DNA of 64,000 bases, taken from NCBI GenBank assembly GCA_000934665.2, contig JYFJ02001272.1:1-64000 (forward strand). Reading direction: 5' to 3'. The stretch's first letter is position 1. Each line of letters opens with the position of its first letter. Below are positions 48,423 to 61,000 of this stretch, in pieces. A model generated the notes under the pieces. That model saw only the letters and a program-made list of their open reading frames with translations. It was not told the DNA's origin and made no database searches. Made by a program: the position numbers and the translations under genes. The DNA comes from Catajapyx aquilonaris (Eukaryota).

Positions 48423-51400
48423 TTTTGTCTAGTGTAGCAGAAGCTCAAGAAGCGGAACGGAAACGCGATCCAAAGGTCCGGTTTTCTTCACGGAAGATGA
48501 AGGGAGGAGGGGTGAGGGGAGATGCAAAAGGGGTGGTTGGTAAAGAGATAGTCTTGCAGGAGAACCACATTCCCCGTGTTCGAGATGGCGTGTCCAGTCC
48601 AGACTTGGAAGGAAGGCCAAGTGAGTCGTCCTTGGAGAAGGCGGGGGTGGAAGATGTGTATACAGCAGTGTGAGGGGGGCCAAGGGTCATTCAGCTTCCT
48701 CTCTTCACCAAACATTCTTCCCTTGATCTCTCAACATCATCGTGGCGACAAGCGTACATATAGAAAGGGGTTGATGAAACGTCCCCATCAAAAGCATTAT
48801 GCAACAAGGTCAACTACTCGAGTCACATGAGGAGATACGAGAAAAGCCCCGTGAATAATAATACCCATTTGCCCGTAGTAAATGAGTCGTGCATGCCATG
48901 CATTTTAACTGATGCCTGGTTTTTCCAACCTTTTAATGTTAAGACCTTAGTTTAAGATCGCTTGGGGCATGGGCTGCCTGAATTACTTTCAACGTAAGAC
49001 TACGATATGCAATGCAGTTGGCTGGATAAATCGGTAACTTGTCTATTACTGGCCGGATAATCGGCACTATATAAAAACCACGAAACCGAATCAGACTGAG
49101 AAAATTGAAACAAGGGATTTGGCAAAAAGTATTTGACGGCATATAAAACGCACTTTCTTCCCAAAAAATTGCTCAAAAAAATCGACCATCTTATATGCGA
49201 AATTGCATTAAAACCTTTTTTCCCTGATTATGATCTACTGAAATGGAAGGGCGTCTTATATATGCTGTCAAATACGATAATTAAATTTATGACGTCGCAA
49301 TAGCAAAATAACGTCACTAATAAAACAATGAAAGATAATTTTGCGAGTTAGTAGTCGGCTTTTTTATGTTAGACAGCGTCCAAAATTATGATGAAGTCAC
49401 GACTGAAGAATGCGTTTCGCAATGAATTGAACGCGTGCAATTGCAACGCAACATTTCTTTTTCCAGGAACAGTTGCGCATGTATTGTATTAGCGCCAATT
49501 ACGGTTTACTCGCTCCCCTTCTATTTGCTTTTCGCCCTGAAGAACATTCCCAGAAGTTGGTTTCTAAACTTATTCGCAAATTGCCAAACTTCCCCAGGGG
49601 AATATGTGGAAAACGTTGCTTCTTTTCAAACTGGCTGCTGGGGTAAACGACCCATATCGTCACTCTGATGTTTAAAATTGGGCAACGCTGCCACTGGTGT
49701 TTCCCGTTGCCTCTGGGCTAATGGGTGGTGGCTCCAGTCAAGTGGACTGGTCAGTATCAGGTTAGCACAAGAATGCCTTACTACAAGGTGTTAGTAAGAT
49801 GGGAAGGAGAGGGGGGACTAATATAATATATAAAAAAAAAGAGAGGAGAAGAATGAAAAAGAGAAGCGGGCATGATACAGTCTGGGAGTTGGCCCCTGCT
49901 CCCGTTCCCGCCAAGCCAGCTGGACCGCAAAAAGTGGAAGAATTAATTGCACACGGGCCCAAGAAGAAGCCCAATCTTCCCAAGACCCCCAGAAGGACGA
50001 CTCAAAAAGGTGGTAAAGTCTCCTCCTGCATGGTAAAAGGCGTGTCACGCGATGGACACGGAGGAATGTACATTTTCGAAGTCTGAACTGAAAGAGAGAG
50101 AAAAAATGGCGAATTGTATAACGAAAAGCCATTAACTTTTGTCTTACCAACCCGATTCCCATAGGTTTTCTCTCTCCCTTCTCGGTTGGGTCTTTCCGGT
50201 CTCGATTGTTGGGTCCGGAAGTTGGGGGTGTCGAAAATGGAACGCTGCCTTTCCGGGGGGAAACATGATGTTACTTCCACTGGAGAGGAATTGTTATTCC
50301 GGAGATGATGGATGGGAAAGAACTGGGCGTGAAAATAAACCGGACCCTGCCGATTGTTTCCATATATTTTTTTGAATGTTGTATACTCGGCTAATTGACA
50401 CTGTTGTTTACAGCGTGTTCCAATAATTTAGGTTAGCAATATTTTTGCCTCAAGCAGCTTGTTTTAAAGCAGTTATGAAGTCACCAATGCTACTATTCGG
50501 TTGAATAGCGATTTATATTACGTAAATGTCATCTACAACGACAGTTTACAACACATGCCTTTGCGTAACTTTTCGACACTTTCTGCATGAAAGCCCCAAG
50601 TTTTGAAACATGCGCATCGAGCATATCGATGTATTTCCCAATTCGATGTTCAATTACACAGACTCCATTGCATCACCTTGTCAGCCAACTTTATGCGATT
50701 ATCCGGTTTATTCGATTAAGAGGAGGAATTCTATGTAATAATCCGAAATGTATTTTAAGGGCCTTTCAAGCCACTTTACGGGATACCTATAACCAAGACT
50801 TCCTGTACCTAAAACTGGTGTAACCGGGGCGTAACCCTGGAAGCCGCATTTCCGCCCGGAGAAGCACACAAAAGAGACCCAGACCCAAACCTAGGCTCTC
50901 TCCTGGAAATCCTGCGGAGAACCTACCCTACACCATGGGGGTGCCCAGCAGTTTCTGGTTACCATCCCAGGTCCGCATCTGGGTCCATCTGGTCCACGTG
51001 GCGTCGCAGGATTATTATTTTTCCACGCATCCCAGACCCTCTGTTATTTACTACTCAACAGCCGCCTAACCCACACACAACACACCCTTTTATTCTTAAC
51101 CCCATATAAACCATACAAACACCCGCCCGACAGTGTTTACAGGCATGGGTGGTCCCCCCATATTGCCCTGGAGCAGGTGCACCCGTTCGTACAGGGTGCG
51201 TCAGAAGTTGCACACTGCCGTAAGCAGAATCGTAATAATCCGCAAGTGGGATGGACCATAGCTTTCGGCAAATTGCGGAATGTTAGCGACTGTGCCAAAT
51301 TCCAGCACGCCACGTTCGCATCATCCGGATGCATCATATGTTTCTGGAAGTAGGGAAGAGATTTGCTGAACCATAATCGCAAGCATTTTCCGGTTGGCAA

Positions 51401-54400
51401 ACAACAAGGTCCGTTTGGGAAAAGTGGACACAAAAAAGAGAAATCTTGGCGGGAAAACTTTGTTGCACTAGTAAACGTCATCTCCAGTTACTACAGTAGC
51501 TGGCCGTAAATAATGGCGATGAGAACATTGACCATGGCGTCTCTCATTAGCAGGAGAGGAACTTCCGGCCGAATCCGATACTGCAGCTGGTTGGTCCTCC
51601 CACATCTCTTCCTCCCAAGTAAAAGCCTCCGAAAATAGTTCTTCTTCCGGTATCCCCGCACGCGACAACTGGGTGCAGCTGCTGAAGGAGTGTCAGCATG
51701 GCACGAGCCCTCATCCTTTTTCCTCCAAAGCACACCGGGACATGCAAGATGGTTCATCCTGTGACAGCCCCCTAAGAGCATCCAGTTTCATGAGTCTTAT
51801 CCTCCGTCTCCAAAGGACCAAACTTCCGGAGCCGCTTTGTCACGGCAAGACTTCCTTTTTCTCCCCCTAGTATAGTCTCTCCTTGGAGGAAAAAGCTACT
51901 GAGCATTTTCCGCTTTTCGTCGACGCCAATTGACACATGCCACCGGAGTTACGTGGAACAATTTGCACTCTCTCAGCCCCAACTATTTGGAAACCTCGGC
52001 TTCTTGACGTCTCAGTAAATGGTTGTTCACACGAGCGTCGCTTGTTTCTGGAATCTGCGCCAATTAATCTCTTAGCATGTTCCAATTTTTTTTTTGCTTT
52101 TGGGACTGATCCACAGAACGACCTTATGACAAAGTGTGACCAGCCCTTTAACGGGTTGCCAACTTCCGGGGCTGATCTTTATCCCTGATTAGCAACTGTT
52201 ATAATTGCTCTTCCAGACGTGTCTGTAGAGGTGGGCATTATAGTTCCTCAGGAGTGTGTTGCCCTCTCGCATCTCATGCATCCTCTGTGAACAGGAAAAT
52301 AAAAATGGTGTCTGCCATGCACTTCTCACACAAAAATTTCTCCCAATGTTTTTCTCCACCATTCCTTCCGGGGAAGAAGAGGAGAGAAAAAAAAGAAGGT
52401 TCGTGCCCTCGACTCCCCAAGAGCTCGGTTTGAAATATTTGCGGGCCGCATCAACAATAGCAGAGCCTCCGCAACCGTGACCACATTCTGTGCAATAATG
52501 AAAGTGGATTTAGGTGTGAACAGAACGGGGTGAATGAGGGCCTTGTCCCAAGATCAATGTCAAGTGGTGTGACCTCAAAGGAGCTAATTGGAGGATTCTC
52601 TTTTTTATACAGCGCCAGACTTCTTTAAAAAATTGTTCAAGGCGCCGACCATCTCTGGAGGATCTGACGAAAATGATGACAGCAGAAGATGGGTCCTTTG
52701 AGACAGGAAGCCGAAAAAAAACAGGGTTCTAAAAGAAGCCCTCTGTAAAATAAGGCTTTCGGCAAACATTTACGAGAAGGGGGCGCCTAAAGATAGTCAA
52801 GGGCTAAGAGGCGCGTGGATATCCTTTTTATGAGTTATCAGCCGTGTAAAAGGCGCGGCTCTGAGATTCGATGTCTATACAAAACGACCAGCTTTCAAAG
52901 TCTCAAGGGCTTACTTCAAAACTTGGGAGAAAAACGTTTGACACGCTCTACAAATCGCGTTTGTGCTCTGGAGACGGTTGGAATGCCCCGCTTTTTTTTT
53001 CTTCCTTCTCTCCTCTAAAGTGCTCGCGACATGCCAAAATTATTCCACGGGTTCGATACTTTCGCCTGAACGTCGCCTGGGTCATACTTCATAAAAAGGT
53101 TACGGTCTCGTGTTTGTAGCATAATTAATGCGTACGCTACTTTCACCGGTCTGCGAGTTACGACTGTTGTTTCTCAGAAGTAATTGCACGCAATATAAGA
53201 CTCAGCGCTTGATTTAAGTGCTGTTATTCCACAGGGTGTTCAAGTGCGATTCTACACAAATTCAAGAATTGGCCTAGGTCAGGAATAGCAACGGATTGGA
53301 CACGTTACACATGCGCCCTGTCATGGATCGCTTACAACGGGCCAAGTCTTGGTCAAGCCAGTTTCCAAAGGGTCAAGCCCTTTCGCACGACCTATACACT
53401 TGGCTAACTTTGCTTTGTGAAATGTTCCATCCTGCATTTCATCACATTTCCCCACGAAACACGGGATACTTTACACATTTTTAAACATATTTATTATTAT
53501 ATTTAATATTAATTTACGGATTTACAAAATAAAATCATGTTTGGCGACGTTCAATGAATAATATGACAGCAATATTAAACAGAATTGTGGGACTTTACAC
53601 GCGACGTTGAAATCCGGATTAATTGACGGGGCTCCCTGAGTTTGAAGTTTCCGGTACTGCACCTCAGCCATACAAGGCTATGTAGGCATCCAGCAGACAG
53701 GACATAAAACAGGAGCTGCATAGTTCATAACTCAAGGAACTACTTTCACTGGCTCACAAACATTACGATCTTTTTCCCACAGCCAATCGTAACACAATAC
53801 CTAATGGTACACACATACAATACAAAAAAAAAAAAAAAATGCTACCGGCATCTCGATTGCTGCCGACGACGCGTAATTAGTGCACCGTTTGATTAATCGC
53901 CCTCCATGCTATTCCCATGAGTGGGTATCCGGCATCCAAAAACAACAGGCTCTCGACACTGCTTAGCCTAAGCAGGAAACGGGCCTGAGCAGGAACCATA
54001 AGCCCCAATGCCTTACAAACTATCATGCTGACAAGTGTGTACGAGAGAGTGTGAGGGCTTGCATGGCAATGAATCTCTTGCAGCCTGACGTCATGCCCAT
54101 CGGCCTTCCTTGGAATCCACGGAAGGTTGGACTTGTCGTCACCGGTATGACCTCACTGCTGGAATACCTGGTCGCAGCTATAGAGGTATGCGACAAGATA
54201 GTTTTTCGCCGAAATGGAATCTAGGGCGCGGTTCTGTGTCCCAAGTCATTACACCGGATTCGCCGGGGTGGAGTGAGGATGTTGCAATTAACCTAAAATG
54301 CTTGGACATACAAATTGCATTTTTTAAGCGCATGAGCGAGCACGCAAAAGTGGCAGAGAAATAATCTGGCCAGGAGGCACAGAAAAAATGTTAATGGGAC

Positions 54401-56577
54401 CCACGGATATCTCGTTTTGCAGTGACACAACCACATAAAAAAGGGGGCTCCCGGCTTTGTCAGCTCCATACACGCCCGCAGGAGACATTACTATGTACAG
54501 ATTTCATCTAACTGGATGGTATTTTTAATACTTAAAATGGGTGGAATTAGCCAGCAAGAGAGGACTGTTGTTCTGCGTACACCTCGAAGGTATAGGACTA
54601 CAGGGCTGTTCGATGCATCATCGACACAGTGACAATACCAGTAACAGATATCGAGAATAGATATCAGACACAAAAATCAGAAGTCGAACAATAATTAAAT
54701 AAATATCGACTGCAAAAATTGACATAATTATGATCAGGGCACTACTGGATTTAAGGACTTTCAACATAAACGGATTTATGACGCTGACCTTGATACAACG
54801 TACAATTTATTTGGACATTTGTAAGGAAGACTTATGCACTTAAAATCGGATTAGGAAAATAACAAGGACGATCGCTCGAATTTACACCGGGTTTTAGATG
54901 ACTGAGGTCGGCCCTTTCCGTCAAAAAGTACATCAAATAAGATGAACTGGCGTCGAAATGCGCATCGGTAGCTTACCCATCCTTGTACCGGTGCATACAA
55001 ACTATGCACGTAGCATGATATCACCCCATGAAAATACAAGCCGGAATAGCTATAATGCCGTGCACGATCTGTGAAACCCCAGACTAATGCGGATGAGTAG
55101 AGAAAAACAGTTTGCGGGGCCTGCAAAATCCGTAGTGTTTTATGACCATAGCAGATGTCGGCAATGACCTCATAAACTCATACAGAGAAAAAAAGGTGTC
55201 GGATTATAAATAGTTGCGTCACACATTTAGTGTACAACACAGGTCCAGAGGGATGTGATTCACACCACCTGTGACACTCGTCCAGTTATATTGCAGCCTG
55301 GGGACTTCTGATATTACAATAAAAAGTCTTGGCAGGACGCGAAAGGTGACTTATGGTTATGGTTCGTGAGCAGATTCACATGACAGAAGACAGTGAGCAG
55401 GCACAGAGAATGACCTTCCAACTGGGCGATGAGTGTGCGCAGCAGCAGGTGAAAAAAGGGGTGGGCTCCACAAAAACCTCCCTTGGACCATTCATCACCG
55501 GTAATTACCTGCCCTGTAATCACCCTTTCCTGCACTCTCTTGAGCCCGTACCAAGCGCTGCGAGACAGACTCTCGGGTCGCCTAAAATTTGCATAAGTTT
55601 GCACCCCAAAGGCGGGTGGCGGTCAGAGGTCAAAACATCAATAAAGCAAAACGTGTGGGCTCAGTCAATAACGGTAAAAAGTAAAGCAATTGCTTGGAAT
55701 AAAACTTGGGTTTGTAATTTCCCCAAACCTCCTACAAGCCTTGAAAATGCAAATTAGACCAAATTGGATTCTATGGGCTTGACCCGGATGTATCCCTTCA
55801 TGGCCACAAAAATTCGCGAATATTTTGTCACTTCCACTATTAAATATCGCTATTATTGAAAGTGGTCAGTTCGTTCCCTCGAGAATTCTGGCTTGTTTGT
55901 GTGCATGTCTGATTCCGTCAACAATGCGCGTGTCTATCGCGGAATGCTAGCATGTCGCCTTTTGGGAAATAAGTTGAGTTTCCCAGAGTTTGGACTCAGG
56001 AAGGAGATCATGTTAGGAGCGGCAGCCTCGCCTAAGGGTGTAGTTAACGAGGAGGTGTGCCAAGCACGATTTGGCTGGTCCAGTACACGAATAGCAATCA
56101 ATGAGATGTGCTCATGAACCGCCCGATACTCCCAAGTTGGTGATAACTGGTTCGGCCACCGAATTTAAACAAGCGTTTAAGCAAATTTTTAAGGTAGCTC
56201 CGAACCCTCCCATTTCTGATCCGAAAAATTCGCACACTTTTTACTGGTCAAAAAAGTCTGCGTGGGAACAAAGATTTTGGGGACGTTTACCCCTACGCGC
56301 CAGAGCTATGTTCCGACACATCTCCTGGCCGCACTTGTCTCACTCAGGGCCGTATTTATGACCGCATCTGCCTTTAAAAGGGAATGGGCTGGCGTCGCTT
56401 GCGGGGGCACCGCGGGTCAAAAGGTCGTCAGGGGTTCCGCCCTCAGCCTTGACGCCACTTTATGTCTTTCGGGAGCAGATGTGTCCTCCATCAAAGGCTG
56501 GGATCGTTTCTGGACCCCCCTGGGTTTTTGTGCCGGGTCTCGAAATGTATTCTGTTACATGCTGCAGACATACATAC

Positions 56578-56766
56578 CGTAGGTCGGTGAGGATCGACCA
56601 GAGAGGCGCAGGACGACGCCCGGCTCGACAGTGCTGGTTCTGGCGATCCGATGGCCGAGCATCCCAAAGCCGAGCTGATGCTGATGGTGTCCGGCGACAC
56701 GGCCAAGGAACATCGACCACCCGCCGCCTTCAGGGAGGATCGGGTGCCCTGCACGTGCTTCAGCAT
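56578..56766 (-). CDS. rau: RA protein long-isoform first coding exon (MLKHVQGTRSSLK...ASSCASLVDPHRPT), Ser-rich
   Basis: 63 codons with strong GC3 bias ending ACG|GTATGT in phase 0, joining SAIKVY; ATG directly preceded by a possible acceptor TTGCAG. Confidence 0.7.
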
Positions 56767-57973
56767 CTGCAACAAGCGACATTGACGATTAGCTGTCGGA
56801 CCACTACATTTGACGACAGTTGAAGAGTACAAGAAACATGTCAGCCAGACTACAGAGAGGGCCAAGTTAAATTTGCATTTTGGCTATGCCGCCGCCCCTT
56901 AGGCCGTTTCGGTGGTTGGCTCTCGCATCCGGACCACGCTCCGATGCGGATGGACGCCTCAGCGAACAACCCCAAGGGCCAACATGGGGGTCACCAATAC
57001 ATTTAGAAAAAACGCGAAAATATTGTACTCGCTTTAAAAAAAATCAATCGAACCCCCACCCTACGCGTATACATGCAATGTGGATTTTAAAGGCCGGAAG
57101 TGGATGGACAGTTTCCCACGGAAAGAGATCCACCCCACAGCAACCTACCAAACACCAGAAGACCTGCCACCTTGCATGGGAACGTCCTCACCGTATACCC
57201 CCCGAAGGTCGTTCTCTTTCCCCTTTCCAATTATTACGTGTTTGAGTGGCAGGAATGCAGTGCTTTTCGGGAGCTGGGGGGTTACTAAAGGGCGGAATTC
57301 AAAGAGGTTGTCGAATCGTCTGATGTCACTTCTATAGGGCTAATTCAGAGAGGTTCTCTAACTTTAGGCGCGTCGTTTAAAACCGATGACGTCAGAAGCT
57401 GCATACGAATTTAACCGACAAAAAGTAAGACAACCTCTCCGAATTCCGTGAGAATAAGCCAAGAAAAAGCACATGCTGCTGACAGTCTTTCCGGAGTTTT
57501 TGCACAATCCGGCTCATTACATTTTTTCTTCTTCATATCTCTCGCATGATTCGCAAAGTGTTGGGAATACATGCTTCGAAATATTTTTTTTTATCTCGCC
57601 TCTCCTTGTATTTCCTCGGAACTCATATAACAATACATGTAACTGAGAACGGGCCTCTGCCATGATGCTATCGAACCAGAATACGCCAAACAATGAACGT
57701 TGCTAATAGGCTGTCATTATGAATTAACGGGTTTTTGGGGGAGCCCCACAGTAAAGCGTTTTATTCGGGTTGCCATTATCGTGACAAAGTCAAGTAGTTA
57801 AAAAGGAAAAATGTAACGGAATGCTAACTACGGGAGGCGAGAAATATATCCGGGAAGTATTTACACAGATCATTAACGGCGAATTGCGCCACCCTCGGTA
57901 AAATATTTGAAATAAATGTAAGTTTTATAGGAAATAAACAGTTGAAGTCAGCAGTTCGACAGAGTGAAATACC

Positions 57974-58080
57974 ATGGATTGTTTACCCCCAACAAGGCAA
58001 CAACCAGGTGAAAAAATAATTACCGGTCATAACACTGTCACTGCCAAACAGTATATTGGTTTCTGGAGTAAACAATCCAT
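57974..58080. mobile_element. Short MITE-like element; degenerate relative near 32897-32992
   Basis: ATGGATTGTTTACCCC ... GGAGTAAACAATCCAT inverted termini. Confidence 0.55.
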
Positions 58081-61000
58081 AACTTTTCCCCCTGTAAACA
58101 ACGGACTAGGGTAGTGCACCATTCTGTGTAATAAAATAAGCAACAAAACAAGCATTAAAATTTTCAATAACGCACGGCAATTTGGTAAGACATTAAAACA
58201 GCAGTAGTAAATATTTCAGGCCATGTTTAATTAAGCTCAGCCAAATGCAAGCCGTAATTAACTCCTTCAAAAGGGCAAAGATGAAAATCCGGCTGCACCA
58301 CTATGTGTATACGATAACAGCAAGTTTTGTTATTAACTGTTCCAAATAGTATTAGAAATTAAAAATAAACCGGCAGTTTAGCATACATCCGCACATGTGC
58401 AACCGGTTCAGCTCGTAAAATGACCCTCACCACTTAACTGCGAGCATCATAAACGAGTGCCTTCCTTTTCTCTTACTATCATGGAGCTATTTCTGGACCT
58501 GATTAGTATTCCGCCTGGTAACGCAGTGGACATGAAAATGTTTATAATTCAAAGTTTCGGAGGGGAATAATTTCTTTTTTAAATAGGGAGAAAAACTAGG
58601 ACGCAGCTTTTGAATAAAATATTTGCCGCTGCGACAATATCTTGGCCACAACTATCGGCAGAGCGTGTACGTGATGCGCGTAACAAAAGATTGTACTGAG
58701 AAGTCTTGCGGAATCCTACGCACACGATGCATAACATACCGGGTCATGCATGGAGTCAACTATTGTTGACGATTCTCTTCAGGACCGAGCCATGGGAATG
58801 TCACATCACCCCCGAAGAGGAGCATTGTGCCGTTCTTGAATCGCATACAGAGCACAGTGGACAGTACGTTTTTTTCTCATCTGCACGAAGACTTTTTTTT
58901 TTCCCAAGGACGCAGCATGGAAATGGTCAAATTGGGGGCAATAGTTATACGCCGCTTCCAACCGAGTCCCATAAAAACGACAGCAGCACGGCTCTATACC
59001 GAGGCAATGACTTTACGATGCCAAGCCAAATCATTACTACCGCAAACCGCAAATCGCTGTTGATGGTGTCGCGGCCATTCACACTGGAAAATCTAGATGT
59101 AAATCACTTTGCACAAACGCTAAGCCCGAATTTTGCAACCATTTTTTAAAACACGCCGTTAGTAACCGATGGTGTCCAAAGATTAATAGCGCACATTTCC
59201 CTCAGATGAATTTAGAAGCTCAATTTGACATTGTGCGACAAGGTCCATGGCTTCATTTTAAACAAGTGTGCTTTATTGCTTATTGGTAAATGAACTGGCC
59301 CTATACTATACTGTATGTGACAAGGTCCGGTTGTATCAGATTATGATAAAATCTCCCGAATATTGTGCATATTCACCATAATTTGCTTCACACAAACTGG
59401 ACTTTCTGTTCACATATAATTATTTTACAAGGGTACTACATACGCACAGTCTATGTGGCGAATTTTAACAGACCATAACATTTTCTAGGAGTACTCCAGT
59501 CTTCTGCCATTTCCCACTCTATGGCCTTAGTTGCCTCCTCTCGTCTTCCCCCCAACAACAAAACCAGACTACAAAAGTCGACTAAGTTCCACTTACTTGA
59601 AACGACGCATGTGTACCACCCGAATCCTTATACACACGATCGCGGTAACAGAATCTTTCAAACTGGCCGCCTTCGCTCAAGTCCACCAGAGAGAAGCAGC
59701 ACTTTCCACCAAACCACCTTCACCGAAGAAGGTTCCTCAACCGACTGCCTCGCTTTGCTTCACACACCAACTGCTCAGAGTCTCCCAAACCGTGACGTCA
59801 CTGCGCGCCGTAAGTGACGCCACGGCCTATACACCGTATGCCATTAGAGTGTGTGTGTGTGTGCACTGGATAACAATTCGTGAGGAAACTCCCTTCGTGA
59901 TTCACTCAGGTGATATAAGAGTGGGTTATGTGGGATTATGGAAGTGTGCAAAACGGCGGATGAGTCTTGTTGTTTTTACGCAATTCTTTCCGCGAATAAT
60001 AGTGTTTTAAAGCGATGACCATAATAGTAGATTTTTTGCGTAACGGAAGCACACTAAAGTGATGTCACGATGTGTTTGAAATGTATATTAAGTCAAGGGA
60101 AAGGTCAAGTCTTGTTGACATCATAATGCCTGCAGCTACAGATGCACAGTTTAACTTATATATCAAATAAAAAATCAATTAAAAATTACACAAGCATTTG
60201 AAAAGTCCATTCACATACAATTATAGCCTTAACGCAATTTTATTAAGCTTAAGAATTAAACTAGAAATGTTGCTAACTACAAGTTCTTCAAGTGTTGCGT
60301 AAAAAATCTGATAAAGGCAAAGTTCGTCAATGCAACTTCCGGAAAGTTCCAATTAAATTTGCAATAAAGAATCGTTTCTTGTGACACCTGACTAGTTAGT
60401 CACGGAAATGGAGCCTATGCGAAGGTTATTATTTTTGCTCTCATTTCAACAGAGGGACTAACAAAAACGATCACCTATCTCCTGTTGCGTGGCCCGCATC
60501 GGCCTTCAACACTGTCTATTGCGACCATGCTAGTTTGCGTCACTGTTCGTTTTACAATGAATTTTTAGACTTCCGTTCGTCACAGAGTCAGGAAGTTATC
60601 ATCAGTCAGCATTTTGACACTCAAACGCAAAATAACGCATAATGTACGACCTTTTTTTTGCATGATGTGCATGCTCATACATAGGCATTCACACAACTAT
60701 GCATTATTGAATTTAAATCACGCATTCATATGTTTCCTTTCGTCTCGTTACAAATTCACGCAAATATGCGGCACAAAAAATTCATGCATTCAAATCAGAA
60801 AAGGCTAATCAACCAATGTGTGACTATAAAGCTGATAAAATGAGACACTAACCTATATATACTGTACATTCATCATTTTATTGCAATTGACAAGCATGCA
60901 TTGTCGTAACCATATTCCAGGCAGGATTTATGCTATTGAAAATAGGCGGTATTTTTTCACCTGGCCAATTGGTACGCCCGGAAACAAACTCTTAAACGGT

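Larger units (their letters stand above)
44475..56766 (-). other. rau: Gene span: tandem RA (Ras-association) domain protein, Rau-like. Exons 56766-56578 (or 48422-48408), 46139-45956, 45773-45695, 45471-45408, 44877-44647, 44585-44475
   Basis: Two RA-type repeats (IKVYARCLRPDIEYKTLSVSYQTTCRQVV...; VRVYDSVLMAGSQYKSLLISERTTADELV...), GT-AG introns with matching phases (0,1,2,0,0), C-terminus YENFFYI*. Orthology to Drosophila rau is from recall of its two-RA architecture. Confidence 0.7.

Noticed and set aside
51137..51870. Cluster of protein-looking ORFs inside the RA gene first intron
   Set aside because: No recognisable domain, frequent stops, no compatible splice sites found
56651..56785. 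Plus-strand 44-aa smORF MAEHPKAELMLM...CTCFSICNKRH with high GC3
   Set aside because: It shares third codon positions with the minus-strand RA-gene exon 56766-56578, which has a consensus donor and explains the bias
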